The translations under genes and the position numbers were made by a program. This document shows, piece after piece, positions 39,658 to 48,763 of a stretch of DNA of 64,000 nucleotides. Position 1 is the stretch's first letter; each line of letters opens with the position of its first letter. The notes beneath the pieces were generated by a model that did not search any database, was not told the origin of the DNA, and saw only the letters and a program-made list of their open reading frames with translations. The stretch is from an uncultured virus (IMG/VR IMGVR_UViG_3300047320_000352). Its lineage: Duplodnaviria; Heunggongvirae; Uroviricota; Caudoviricetes. Location: the IMG/VR virus record IMGVR_UViG_3300047320_000352; one strand, written 5' to 3'.

Positions 39658-40146
39658 ATGAATCAGGTAATGAGCAGTGCAGTTCACGCAGAGATGGAAC
39701 AACTTTTCGGTTCGGACGACGCAATCGGCATGCGCGTCATCGTGGATGAGCGGCACCCCGTGCTGACGATGTCCGAGTTCGAAGCGTTCAAGCAGCAGAA
39801 CCCCGGTTTCGCAGGCGACTGGCGTGTCGCAATGCCCGACGGCTCGAGTTCGGTCGTTTGTACGAACTACGCGAAGCACATCAAGGCCACGCTGAAGCAG
39901 CGTAACGTCGAAATCGTAGGCTTCATGTGCTCGGATAATCAGGACTGCACGTTCACGCGTATGGACCTGGCTGAAGGGCACGATTTCGCGCTCGTCGACG
40001 GTCGCTACCTGGTCGACCCGTGGATGCGTCTTGTCTGCGGCTACGACAACATCCCGATGGTCTACGACCTGACGAATCAGGCCGAAGCCCAGCAGGCGCA
40101 TCACATGTACGGTGCGCGTGACCGCTGGGTTCGCGTGGACAAGTAA
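39658..40146 (+). CDS. hypothetical protein with candidate Cys-His-Asp triad
   Basis: VCTNYA, GHDFALVD and YLVDPW motifs; terminator 40165-40188. Confidence 0.7.
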   Translation: MNQVMSSAVHAEMEQLFGSDDAIGMRVIVDERHPVLTMSEFEAFKQQNPGFAGDWRVAMPDGSSSVVCTNYAKHIKATLKQRNVEIVGFMCSDNQDCTFTRMDLAEGHDFALVDGRYLVDPWMRLVCGYDNIPMVYDLTNQAEAQQAHHMYGARDRWVRVDK

Positions 40147-40254
40147 GCCTTTCTTAACCTCGGACCCCGCTTAACCGCGGGGTTTTTTCTTTCCTGCTTC
40201 ACGGGCGCGCAAGCGTTTTGAGCTATACCACAGACGCCACTTATCGCTTCGACC

Positions 40255-42186
40255 ATGCACCTCACAAACCTGTTTAAAGCTTCGCTGCTGAGCGCGGCGC
40301 TCGCGGCAAGCCTCCCGGCATTCGCCTCCGACTATTACGTCGTTGTTCCGGTACCCAATCGCACCGCTGCCGGCAACGTTTCGGTGTCGCTCGCCGGGTT
40401 CGGCCTGCCCGCGGCGCAGGTCGGTTTGCCGTACGCGGGTTTCGACTTCAGGTCGCTGCTTTCCGTCACCGGCGACGCCAGCTACAACGGCTATGGCGTT
40501 CGCTGGAGTGTGGTCTCGGGCAGCCTGCCGGCGGGCCTGACACTTAACAGCGATGGGACGCTCACCGGTACGCCGAGCGCGGGGGGCTCGTCGACTTTCC
40601 AGGTGATGGCCAGCTACAAGAGCAAGGCGGGCCAGCAGGCGTACCAGATTTATACGGCGGCCGTCACGGTCGGACTGGCGAGCGGCGCGCCGCCAGTGGG
40701 TCTGGTCGGTCAGGCCTATAGCTACGACCTGCGGCCGCTCCTGTCGGTCGCCGGCGACTCGGCATACACCGGCGCGGGTGTCACGTGGACTGTCGTGTCC
40801 AACACGCTGCCCGCGGGCCTCTATCTCACGAGCGACGGATTCATCGGCGGCACGCCGACAGCGAGCGGTACGGGAAGCGTCACCGCGCGCGCATCATACA
40901 AGGGCGTAAACGGCCAGCAGACCTATCAGGTGGTCACGCAGGCCATCAGCGTGACACTCGGCAGCACGACGCTGCCTGCGGCCTCGCAAGGGATGCCGTA
41001 CGCTGGCTACGACTTCCGCTCGCTCGTCAGCAGCAACGAGCCGACGTTCCAGCCGGGCAGCACAACCTGGTCCGTCGTGGGCACGCTTCCCGCGGGCCTC
41101 GCGCTCGATGCGAGCGGGGTGCTAAGCGGCACGCCGACGGCGTCCGGTTCGCAACCCTTCACGCTCAAGGCGAGTTACAAGGGCTACGTCGGCCAGCAGA
41201 CCTACACGCTTATCAGCGCGCCGAGTTCACTGCTTTCCACGTCGACGCCCCCGCTCGCATTCCCTGGGGTGAGCGACTACACGGTGGCCACGCAACCGGT
41301 CACCTTGACCAACAGTGGTGACGCAGCGGGCACCCTGTCCCTGGCCTCCGACTCGCCGAACTTCACGGTAAGCGGCTGCGCGACGATTGCGGCAAAAAGC
41401 AGCTGCACGGCGAACGTCACCTTCTATCCGACTGGCGTTACCAGCTACTCGGCCCAGTTGACCGTCAGCGGTGCGACGAGTGGCGACATCAAAGTCGCGC
41501 TCTCCGGCTCTGCGGTGGCAAACGTGAAGACGTTTGCTGCGAGCACGAACTGGACGGTGCCCGCCAAACTCACGCACGCGCAGGTGTTGGTGGTCGGCGG
41601 TGGCGGCGGCCCGATGGCCACAGGAAACTTCGTCCCTGGCCTTGGCGGCATTGCCGGGGGTGGCGGACAGGTCATCTATAACGCGAGCTATTCGCTCACG
41701 CCTAACGCCAATATGCCAGTCACCGTGGGTGTTGGCGGCAGTGTCGGGCCGGATGCGCAGGAGAATGGCACGCCTTCTGTGTTCGGCGCTATTACGGCCT
41801 CGGGCGGCTACTCCGGCTACGAAGGTGGTGCATCCGGCGCGGGCTATCCGAGCGGCGGCGGCGCACAAAACAACCTGCAGGGTGGCGGGGGCGGTGGCGC
41901 GGGTGGCGCGGGCGGCGTGCCAAGCGCGACGACGGGCGGCAAGGGCGGAGCAGGTCTTTGCTACGCCCTGACCGGGACGATGACCTGCTACGGTGGCGGT
42001 GGTGGTGGCGGAGTCGGTACCGACCCGGCGACGCAGACCCCGGGGGGTAACGGAGGCGGTGGTTTGGGCGGTACGCCAACCATCGTAGGCGGACCGGGCG
42101 CGGACAATACCGGCGGTGGCGCGGGCGGCGCGGGCGGCGGCGGTCGCAGTGTTGGCGGCAGCGGTGTCGTGATTGTCGTGTACTGA
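40255..42186 (+). CDS. secreted Ig-repeat protein with ASH/choice-of-anchor-D-like domain and Gly-rich tip
   Basis: Signal peptide, SDYYVVVPVPNR, three Ig repeats, VTLTNSG...CTANVTFYPT, VLVVGGGGG...GGSGVVIVVY. Confidence 0.85.
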   Translation: MHLTNLFKASLLSAALAASLPAFASDYYVVVPVPNRTAAGNVSVSLAGFGLPAAQVGLPYAGFDFRSLLSVTGDASYNGYGVRWSVVSGSLPAGLTLNSDGTLTGTPSAGGSSTFQVMASYKSKAGQQAYQIYTAAVTVGLASGAPPVGLVGQAYSYDLRPLLSVAGDSAYTGAGVTWTVVSNTLPAGLYLTSDGFIGGTPTASGTGSVTARASYKGVNGQQTYQVVTQAISVTLGSTTLPAASQGMPYAGYDFRSLVSSNEPTFQPGSTTWSVVGTLPAGLALDASGVLSGTPTASGSQPFTLKASYKGYVGQQTYTLISAPSSLLSTSTPPLAFPGVSDYTVATQPVTLTNSGDAAGTLSLASDSPNFTVSGCATIAAKSSCTANVTFYPTGVTSYSAQLTVSGATSGDIKVALSGSAVANVKTFAASTNWTVPAKLTHAQVLVVGGGGGPMATGNFVPGLGGIAGGGGQVIYNASYSLTPNANMPVTVGVGGSVGPDAQENGTPSVFGAITASGGYSGYEGGASGAGYPSGGGAQNNLQGGGGGGAGGAGGVPSATTGGKGGAGLCYALTGTMTCYGGGGGGGVGTDPATQTPGGNGGGGLGGTPTIVGGPGADNTGGGAGGAGGGGRSVGGSGVVIVVY

Positions 42187-42204
42187 CGCGCACCAGGAAA
42201 TCGA

Positions 42205-42238
42205 GACGCCTGTTCTTCGGAGCAGGCGTTTTTCTTTT
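42205..42238 (+). terminator. Rho-independent terminator
   Basis: ACGCCTGTTC-TTCG-GAGCAGGCGT followed by a T-run. Confidence 0.85.
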
Positions 42239-42289
42239 GTGCTCGCGAAAGAAAACGGCCACGTGGGCCGTTTGAGAGGGGAGGTATGC

Positions 42290-42610
42290 CTAAAGCATAC
42301 GGACGTATTTCGCGGCTTCCTGCATCGAAATTTCGAGCCGGTCGCGCAATTTCACGCAGGCCGATGAGGGGCTGTGCTGTTTCAGGTCCCGGCAGTCGTC
42401 GAGGAGGTGCTCGAAGTCAGCCAGTGTGATGATGGCTCCAACCCTCAACGCTTCCCACCATTTCCGCGCCAGCAGCGCGCGGTCTTCGGCGGTCTCGGCG
42501 CTGTGAAGGGCCTCGAGCTCTTCCTCGAGCCCGGCCGCACGTTGACGGAGTTCAGCCAGCTCAGTTTCAAGCTTCTGGATACGCAACTGTCGCTGTTCCG
42601 CAGTACTCAT
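42290..42610 (-). CDS. hypothetical protein with N-terminal coiled coil
   Basis: Heptad pattern; 1-nt gap to the upstream gene. Confidence 0.7.
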   Translation of the reverse strand: MSTAEQRQLRIQKLETELAELRQRAAGLEEELEALHSAETAEDRALLARKWWEALRVGAIITLADFEHLLDDCRDLKQHSPSSACVKLRDRLEISMQEAAKYVRML

Positions 42611-42611
42611 C

Positions 42612-42818
42612 TCAGTCCACCTGTTGGCCGCGTATCGACAGAAACTTCCCGTCCTGGTCGAAGTTGAAAATCGTCATGCCGTCGACCCGTTGGTCTCCCC
42701 GGCAGATGATTTGATGCCCCAGTTCGTTGTCGATACATTCGACACCAAAGTCAGCAAGCAGCGCCTTCAGTTTTTCCTTGTGCGTTGCTGCGGTCGTGTC
42801 GTCAATTTGCGTGCTCAT
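42612..42818 (-). CDS. hypothetical protein
   Basis: AAGGAG RBS; CTATAC motif 31 nt upstream. Confidence 0.7.
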   Translation of the reverse strand: MSTQIDDTTAATHKEKLKALLADFGVECIDNELGHQIICRGDQRVDGMTIFNFDQDGKFLSIRGQQVD

Positions 42819-42879
42819 GGCCGCTCCTTTTTTGTGTTTGCCTGCAAGCGTATAGCAGCCTGGCAGCTTGCGCGAAAAG

Positions 42880-42918
42880 AAAACCTCCACGGCAGTGCTG
42901 CGCGTGGAGGTGGTGAGG
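42880..42918 (-). terminator. terminator hairpin, repeated at 50998..51035
   Basis: AAAACCTCCAC...GTGGAGGT. Confidence 0.75.
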
Positions 42919-42927
42919 TGCTACGTG

Positions 42928-43299
42928 TCAGCCGCAGAGGTATTCTTCGGCGGCAGTCACAACCTGGCGTGCATCGTCGACAGCTACGCGAGTGGCAGCC
43001 TGAACTGCTTCCTCGGTGCCGGCAACCTTGCCGCTGGCGATTTGACCTTCGATGAGCTGCGTTGCAACTGAACGGATACGTTCCTGGTTGGCTGCCGGGT
43101 AGTGCGCCAGCTGACGCATGCACGCGTCCAGAGTGACAACGACCTGGCAAGCCTCCATGAAAGCTTGGGGCAATGCTGCCTTGATGGCGGTCTCGGACTC
43201 GGCAACCGTACCCTTGTTCACCTTGAGTTCGAGCAGGCGCGTGAAGGTAGCCTTGATACGCGGTTGCTCGTCTTCGGTGTAACCGGACAACTTCGACAT
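42928..43299 (-). CDS. hypothetical protein with two internal ~60-aa repeats
   Basis: AGGAGG RBS; LSGY...QPRI / LAHY...QERI repeats. Confidence 0.75.
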   Translation of the reverse strand: MSKLSGYTEDEQPRIKATFTRLLELKVNKGTVAESETAIKAALPQAFMEACQVVVTLDACMRQLAHYPAANQERIRSVATQLIEGQIASGKVAGTEEAVQAATRVAVDDARQVVTAAEEYLCG

Positions 43300-43310
43300 G
43301 AAACCTCCTT

Positions 43311-43676
43311 TTATATCCTGAGACCCGTTCCAGCGAGCAGTGCCGCCTCGCCAACAACAGGATGCAACCTTGCGTTTTCTCCCGCGTGGCCTGCATGACC
43401 CGGCAGCTTCGTCGTCCAGATTTCCTTGACGCCTTCGAGCTTCTCCTGCTCGGTGAGCTCGCGCACACCAAACAGGATGCCGTAGTCGTACGAGTAGCTC
43501 ACGCGGCGGCCGCTCCAGTCTTCGCCCGGATACGTATGGGGCAGAATCATGTCGAGTGTCACGGCGTGCAGCTTTGCCTTGACAATCGCGCGGGCGCGCG
43601 TTCGTGCCGTTGCGCGGAACATCGTCGCGCCGCGGCAGATAGGCCATTGAAGCCAGACTTCAGCAACAAAGCTCAC
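43311..43676 (-). CDS. hypothetical protein
   Basis: GTGA overlap with the upstream gene; GAGG RBS. Confidence 0.6.
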   Translation of the reverse strand: MSFVAEVWLQWPICRGATMFRATARTRARAIVKAKLHAVTLDMILPHTYPGEDWSGRRVSYSYDYGILFGVRELTEQEKLEGVKEIWTTKLPGHAGHAGENARLHPVVGEAALLAGTGLRI

Positions 43677-44116
43677 GCTGACACCTCGTCGCCATAAATC
43701 GTGACGACGCGCAGCACCCAGAACCAGTAGTCCCGCGGGCTGTCCGCACATTCCTCGACCAGCGGCCAGTTGCTGCGTGGATGCGCCAGGTGCTCGCCGA
43801 GCTCGTTGCCGTTGGCATGCTTGTCGATGAGCGCCTGAACCTTCACATCCAGTTCCTTGCGCACACGAGCCGCGATGTCGAGAAGCCACTTCTCCTGCTT
43901 CTCCGACAGCGGCAGGTACGTGTTCAGACGCTGCTGGCAGTTGCGAACGAGACTACGCTCGTTTTCCGCGAGCGTCTCGCATGCTTCCTGACAGAGATTC
44001 AGCGCGCGACGCAGCACCTTCTCGTGCGCGGCCGCTTTCGCCTCCGCTGCCTCGCGTTCAACGCGCATCTGCTCACGCACGGCCGGGTCATTCAATCGAG
44101 CGAAATCAATAGCCAT
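43673..44116 (-). CDS. hypothetical protein, paralog of 44145..44720
   Basis: KWLLDIA, ANGN..GEH..PR..WP and YW.W motifs shared. Confidence 0.8.
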   Translation of the reverse strand: MAIDFARLNDPAVREQMRVEREAAEAKAAAHEKVLRRALNLCQEACETLAENERSLVRNCQQRLNTYLPLSEKQEKWLLDIAARVRKELDVKVQALIDKHANGNELGEHLAHPRSNWPLVEECADSPRDYWFWVLRVVTIYGDEVSA

Positions 44117-44144
44117 CTTCTTCCTCCGTTATCGGTTTTTCTGG

Positions 44145-44720
44145 TTACATAGCCAACTGTTCGCGAGTGACCTCGCCGCTTTCCACGCGGTCGGCGCAGT
44201 TGCCGCACAGACCGTCCCAGCCTTCATCGTCGAGCTGAGCGCCGCATTCATCACAGTGCTCTTCCTCACCGCCGTTGCGCACGAGTTCGCTGAGCGCCCA
44301 ATGCCAGTACGCCGTGGGCTTCAGGCCCTTGACGCCGGCCAGCGGCCACTTTTCGCGCGGATACGTGGGGTGCTCGCCGTCAGCATTGCCGTTGGCCCAC
44401 TTGTGGACCAGCCGGTCAATGTCTTCGGCCACTTCCCCGTTGGTGCGTTGGGCGATGTCGAGCAGCCACTTCTGCTGCCCAGCGGTCAACGGCACCACCG
44501 CCTTGAGCAGCTCGCGACACGAACGCACGAGCCCCAATTCAGGCTGCGTGAGGTCTTCACGGGCCGCGAGACACGTATGAATCGCAACGCGCAGCGTGTA
44601 GTACTGCGCACGCTCCGCATTGCTCATCGCATCGACCTTCGCCTGACGCTGCAGTACTTCGCGGCGTTGATGCAACTCAGCCACATTTGCGGGGTCATCC
44701 AGCTTGGCGTTGTGTTTCAT
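44145..44720 (-). CDS. hypothetical protein with C-terminal zinc ribbon
   Basis: CDEC...CGNC; GGAGG RBS. Confidence 0.8.
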   Translation of the reverse strand: MKHNAKLDDPANVAELHQRREVLQRQAKVDAMSNAERAQYYTLRVAIHTCLAAREDLTQPELGLVRSCRELLKAVVPLTAGQQKWLLDIAQRTNGEVAEDIDRLVHKWANGNADGEHPTYPREKWPLAGVKGLKPTAYWHWALSELVRNGGEEEHCDECGAQLDDEGWDGLCGNCADRVESGEVTREQLAM

Positions 44721-44739
44721 TTTTCTATCCTCCGGGTTG

Positions 44740-45375
44740 TCATTCAAAATAAAAGCGGGGCGTCGTCAGCGCGATGTAGCAGGTCTGGTCATCGAGGTCG
44801 CCCACCTGCTCCTTCTTTGCGGTGTTCACGTACTCGATGACCCCATAACCGCGGGCCACCAGGATGTCGCGGTACGCCTGCGCGATGTCCGTCATCAACT
44901 GCGTCTCAGCGCCTTCAGCCTTGAGCATGCTCACGCGCGGCCAGTCCTTCTCTGCCGTCATTACATCGAGACAGGCCTGCGGGCTTGCATGACCCCGGAG
45001 GGCTGCATACCGCGCGAGCAGGTCAGGACGCTCAGTCAAGGTGACCTTGCCGATGTCATGGGCCAGTGCGTGATAGTCCGCACCCACAAACGCGACGTGA
45101 CCGCCGGTTTCCGGATGCGACAGCATGCAAGTCGAGCCTGGAAAATCCACGAAACGCTGGTTCAGTTTGTAGACTTCGCCTACGAGCCGCACCGGAATGA
45201 CCCGGCCGCCCGTCCGCTTGCCATGACCCTTTCGCCCTGGATTTCTCAAGGCAAACTTGTTGGCGAGCGCGGGCGTCTTCGAGAAGTGTGGCCCGACCAC
45301 GCGGTCGATTGAAAATGTGCCCGGCTCGAACGTGTCGAAATCGACCTTCGTGCCGTGATAACCAATAATTTCCAT
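44740..45375 (-). CDS. ADP-ribosyltransferase-like protein (ART-PolyVal-like)
   Basis: GYHGT..FDTF...GPHFS...A.KFA, GRVIPVRL and RGYGVIEY motifs. Confidence 0.65.
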   Translation of the reverse strand: MEIIGYHGTKVDFDTFEPGTFSIDRVVGPHFSKTPALANKFALRNPGRKGHGKRTGGRVIPVRLVGEVYKLNQRFVDFPGSTCMLSHPETGGHVAFVGADYHALAHDIGKVTLTERPDLLARYAALRGHASPQACLDVMTAEKDWPRVSMLKAEGAETQLMTDIAQAYRDILVARGYGVIEYVNTAKKEQVGDLDDQTCYIALTTPRFYFE

Positions 45376-45567
45376 ACCCTACCTCCAGATGTGTTGTTTC
45401 CTCTGGAGTCGTATAGAGAAATACGAAGGCTCGAACTTGCCCGGAAGTTGACAAATACGTATTGTACGGTAATCTATGTGACGTTGCCAGTTAACGCTGA
45501 GGCTCCGTCCGGATGGATGTTGCTGTCAAAACGCTATACGATTGACCCAACAATCAAGGAGTGCCCC

Positions 45568-45870
45568 GTGGCTGACCGCCTGCGTGAGAGTTACCAGAAG
45601 CTGATGCGCGAGCCGTTCTATCGGGCCCGCGCCGCCAACGCCCGCGCGAAGAAGCTCGAGCAGCGCGTCTACTCGCTCATCACCGCCGTGCTGCTCTTCG
45701 GGCTGTTCGGCTCGGGCGCGGTGTGGGAGCTGCAGGGGCCCGATACGTTCTGGTTTGGCGTGGCGGCCGCGGTCGTCGCGCTCTACAGCCTGGCCGTATT
45801 CCTGATTGACTGGCCGGCCCTCGCCATCGACCTGCGCGCGCGGGAAGCGCTCGACGCGGGCTCGCGCTGA
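45568..45870 (+). CDS. two-TM membrane protein
   Basis: AAGGAG RBS with GTG start; CTATAC motif 28 nt upstream. Confidence 0.7.
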   Translation: MADRLRESYQKLMREPFYRARAANARAKKLEQRVYSLITAVLLFGLFGSGAVWELQGPDTFWFGVAAAVVALYSLAVFLIDWPALAIDLRAREALDAGSR

Positions 45871-45958
45871 GCCCTCCCCCTTGCGCGCCTCAATGAAAAA
45901 ACCGCGACCATGAAGGCCGCGGTTGAGGTGCAGTTTGAGTCCGAGGTTACGCCAGAGA

Positions 45959-47047
45959 TTAAGCCGCCGGCGCCATCATTGCCTCGCGCAATGCGACGGC
46001 GCGCTCGAGTTTGCCCTTGGCGAGCCTCTGGTAGTCATCCTTGTTGGTCTTCACGTACGCGTTCGCGCCGGTGACCTCGACGAAATCGCGCAGCACATCC
46101 ATGGCGAGCAGGAAGTGCGACAGGTCGAGGTAGTTCAGCGCATCCGTCATACCAAGCCACATCGAGGATGCCGGTTGCGTCAGGGTGTCTTCGAACGCGA
46201 GCGCGAGGTAGATGCAGAACGACAGGCCGTACTGCTCGCCCATCCCCAGCATGAACCACGCGATGTCCGAGCGACGCCCGTGCCGCTCAATCATCACATC
46301 CCAGCGACCTTCCCACAGTTCGTACTCGGCACCCATGACCCGTTTCACGAGCGTGTTGGCCAGCGCTGTGATGCGCGCGCGTTCCGGGTGGTCCAGCAGC
46401 TTCTGCAGCCAGACTTCCGTGTCAGCGACGCGCACAAACGGATGCGTGACGGTGCTCACGAAATCGCGTGGCGCCGGCTCGAATGAGTGCGGGTCCATGC
46501 GCTGCACTTCGAACATCGGAAGCTTCTCCGACGCACGCGGTTCGCCGAACACATTGGTGAGCCGCGTCTTCAGCTCAGCGGGTGTGCACACGATTTTGCG
46601 AACGCCGCGTGTCTCGTGCAGGAGATTGCGCGCCATTTCCTGGTTGCCCGGCACCTTCAGCCAGTCATCCAGGTCCACGAGATACAGATAAGCGTGAGGA
46701 CCGTACCAGTCGTCAGACTTGTCCAGCCACATCCCGATTTTCATGCGAAAGGTCTCGGCGGCTACATCCTGCCAGACCTTCGAGGTGCCGCGCGAGCGCC
46801 AGCGCTCAACTTCCGCGGCAGCGTTCGCTTCGGCTGCGGTGCCGAGTAGCTCGGTGAGCGACACGAACACGACGCCGCCCGGTTTGGCCGCAACCGGCTC
46901 AACCAGATGCACGAGCCCTTCTTTCTCGACACCCGACAACCCCAGCTGCGTGAGCAGCTCGAGGATGCGCGCGGGTCCGGTTTCGTCCGGCGCCGGCAGC
47001 TTGTAGCCAGCGTGCGCGTTGCGAATCTTTTCCCAGTTCGACGTCAT
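45959..47047 (-). CDS. hypothetical protein with degenerate ABC/SMC-ATPase-like C-terminus
   Basis: LGMGEQ...YLALA...WLGMTDALNYLD; GGAGG RBS. Confidence 0.7.
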   Translation of the reverse strand: MTSNWEKIRNAHAGYKLPAPDETGPARILELLTQLGLSGVEKEGLVHLVEPVAAKPGGVVFVSLTELLGTAAEANAAAEVERWRSRGTSKVWQDVAAETFRMKIGMWLDKSDDWYGPHAYLYLVDLDDWLKVPGNQEMARNLLHETRGVRKIVCTPAELKTRLTNVFGEPRASEKLPMFEVQRMDPHSFEPAPRDFVSTVTHPFVRVADTEVWLQKLLDHPERARITALANTLVKRVMGAEYELWEGRWDVMIERHGRRSDIAWFMLGMGEQYGLSFCIYLALAFEDTLTQPASSMWLGMTDALNYLDLSHFLLAMDVLRDFVEVTGANAYVKTNKDDYQRLAKGKLERAVALREAMMAPAA

Positions 47048-47184
47048 ATTTTTCCTCCGGTTATTGAACGTTCCTGGAACGGTATAGCTCGTGGCCACAC
47101 GCGCGCCGCCGGCCGGCGCATCCGAGGGCAGAACATGACCGGGTGCGCGAGCTATACGAATGACTTCAATTTCGGGGGCTCTCC

Positions 47185-47505
47185 ATGTCCGACCGCCAGG
47201 CTCGCGCGTATCGCGTGATGATGACCGACTCCTACATGCGCGAACGCGCGCGGCGCAGTCGTCTGTTGCCGCTTCGTGCGCGCATGGCCAGCGTGGTAGC
47301 GAGTGCGATGGCGTTTGGTGCGCTCACCCCGGCCGTGCCTCTCGTACTCGACCTGCCACTGGGTGGCCTGCTCGCCGTGGGTACTGCTGCGGCCGCACTC
47401 TTCAGCCTGCAGCGGTTCCTCTTTGACTCGACGATTCTTTACGTCGACCTGCGCCGGCTTGACGCCGAGCTGCGCGGCCGTGGCCCGGTAGACGACAAAG
47501 CCTAG
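47185..47505 (+). CDS. two-TM membrane protein
   Basis: Hydrophobic hairpin; CTATAC motif 27 nt upstream. Confidence 0.7.
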   Translation: MSDRQARAYRVMMTDSYMRERARRSRLLPLRARMASVVASAMAFGALTPAVPLVLDLPLGGLLAVGTAAAALFSLQRFLFDSTILYVDLRRLDAELRGRGPVDDKA

Positions 47506-47894
47506 CTGTTTTCGCGGATGAATTCTCGGTTTCGCCGCGCGAGGTTGATGCCCGTGCCCTTGACGCTCGGGCGTCGACGGATAGCCGCCTGATGCCGCGC
47601 CACGCGTTTTTTCTCAAGCATGCGTTCGCGCAGCCGCAGCCAGAGGAGCTGGTTTGCTTCCCCGTTTGCCTCGCCGGATGCCTCGTCTGATGCGCGGCGC
47701 GTCGCCCGGCGTATCGCGAGACGGGCCATTGCCACGACGTAGTGCGACGAGTGATTGCCAGACGGCGCGCCACGTTGCGCCTTGACGGCGGCCTTAAGCG
47801 CCTGCCGGTCGAGACGGTGCAGCAGCCTGCGATTGGCTACCCGGTTGACGGGCCGGTCGACGTGCCGGATGCGTTGTTCCCAGACGATGCTCAT
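47502..47894 (-). CDS. Arg-rich basic hypothetical protein
   Basis: GGGAG RBS; starts MSIVWEQRIRH. Confidence 0.5.
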   Translation of the reverse strand: MSIVWEQRIRHVDRPVNRVANRRLLHRLDRQALKAAVKAQRGAPSGNHSSHYVVAMARLAIRRATRRASDEASGEANGEANQLLWLRLRERMLEKKRVARHQAAIRRRPSVKGTGINLARRNREFIRENS

Positions 47895-48006
47895 TGCGCG
47901 GCGCACTCCCTGTTTTTCACGACGCCTGGATTTGGGCGGCGTCCCGTTCGAAGTATATGTGAGCGCGCTGCCGTGACCGCCTGGCCACCCCCGCGGCGAG
48001 AGCGAA

Positions 48007-48232
48007 TTTTCCGGAGCGGACCGTTTCGGGACCGACATGTTTTTTTCCGAGGTAGACGCGTTTTTCCGCCCCCGAAATCTCCCTGCCTCAAAAGTCAATT
48101 TACGGACAGAGCCCGGCGGACCGCGAACTTCGACCCCTTTGCCGAGCGCTTTTTCGGAAATGCCGGGACCCGGATAGCCCGAATCTGGAAATGCCATTTT
48201 ACGGAAATGCCGGTTAAGGCTATTCCGGAAAA
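48007..48232. repeat. cluster of short direct and inverted repeats in a non-coding gap
   Basis: TTTTCCG at 48007, 48043 and 48062; GGAAATGCC at 48156, 48187 and 48203; CCGGAAAA at 48225. Confidence 0.65.
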
Positions 48233-48493
48233 GCGAAAGGCGGCGTCAATCCAGAGGGACGAGGGGTTTGGCTGAGCCTGATGTCCGTAAATTGACTTCT
48301 AGTTATAGGGCGATTTTTGAGGCGGACGGGGGCGGGAGGCCGTGATGCTGAAGCAGTTATTCGCGCTACGCGTGCAAGCAACGCAAAGTCTGTCGGGCCG
48401 AACAATAAAGTCTGTCGCGGCAACGCACGCGGAATGTTCTCGTTGCTTTCGCTGAACCTGGCGTGCAGCATGAATTTTTCGACGGAGGATGTC

Positions 48494-48757
48494 ATGCGCA
48501 CATCGGAGCGCAATGCTCGCGACGAAAACATAGAGGCCCTGGCAGGCGCTCTTTTTCATGTTCTGGCTACCAACCCAATGGGATGCCGCTGGACCGAAAT
48601 TCCAGAGGCAATTGGTCTGCTGCTCAAGCTCTTTGGCACCACGCTCATCACGATTACAGATGCCAATAACGAGGAGGCGGAGAACATCTTGAACGACATG
48701 AATTCCCGCTTCGACAAGGGCTACAAAAGACCTACATCCATCTTTTTCACGAAGTAA
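48494..48757 (+). CDS. hypothetical protein
   Basis: GGAGG RBS; 87 aa. Confidence 0.6.
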   Translation: MRTSERNARDENIEALAGALFHVLATNPMGCRWTEIPEAIGLLLKLFGTTLITITDANNEEAENILNDMNSRFDKGYKRPTSIFFTK

Positions 48758-48763
48758 CCACGC

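Noticed and set aside
41580..42180. GGC-rich low-complexity DNA as a repeat element
   Set aside because: Explained by the glycine-rich coding domain of ORF 40255.
47895..48197. N-terminal extension of ORF 47502..48197
   Set aside because: It runs through repeat-rich, T-run-rich DNA; the RBS-supported start at 47894 is preferred.
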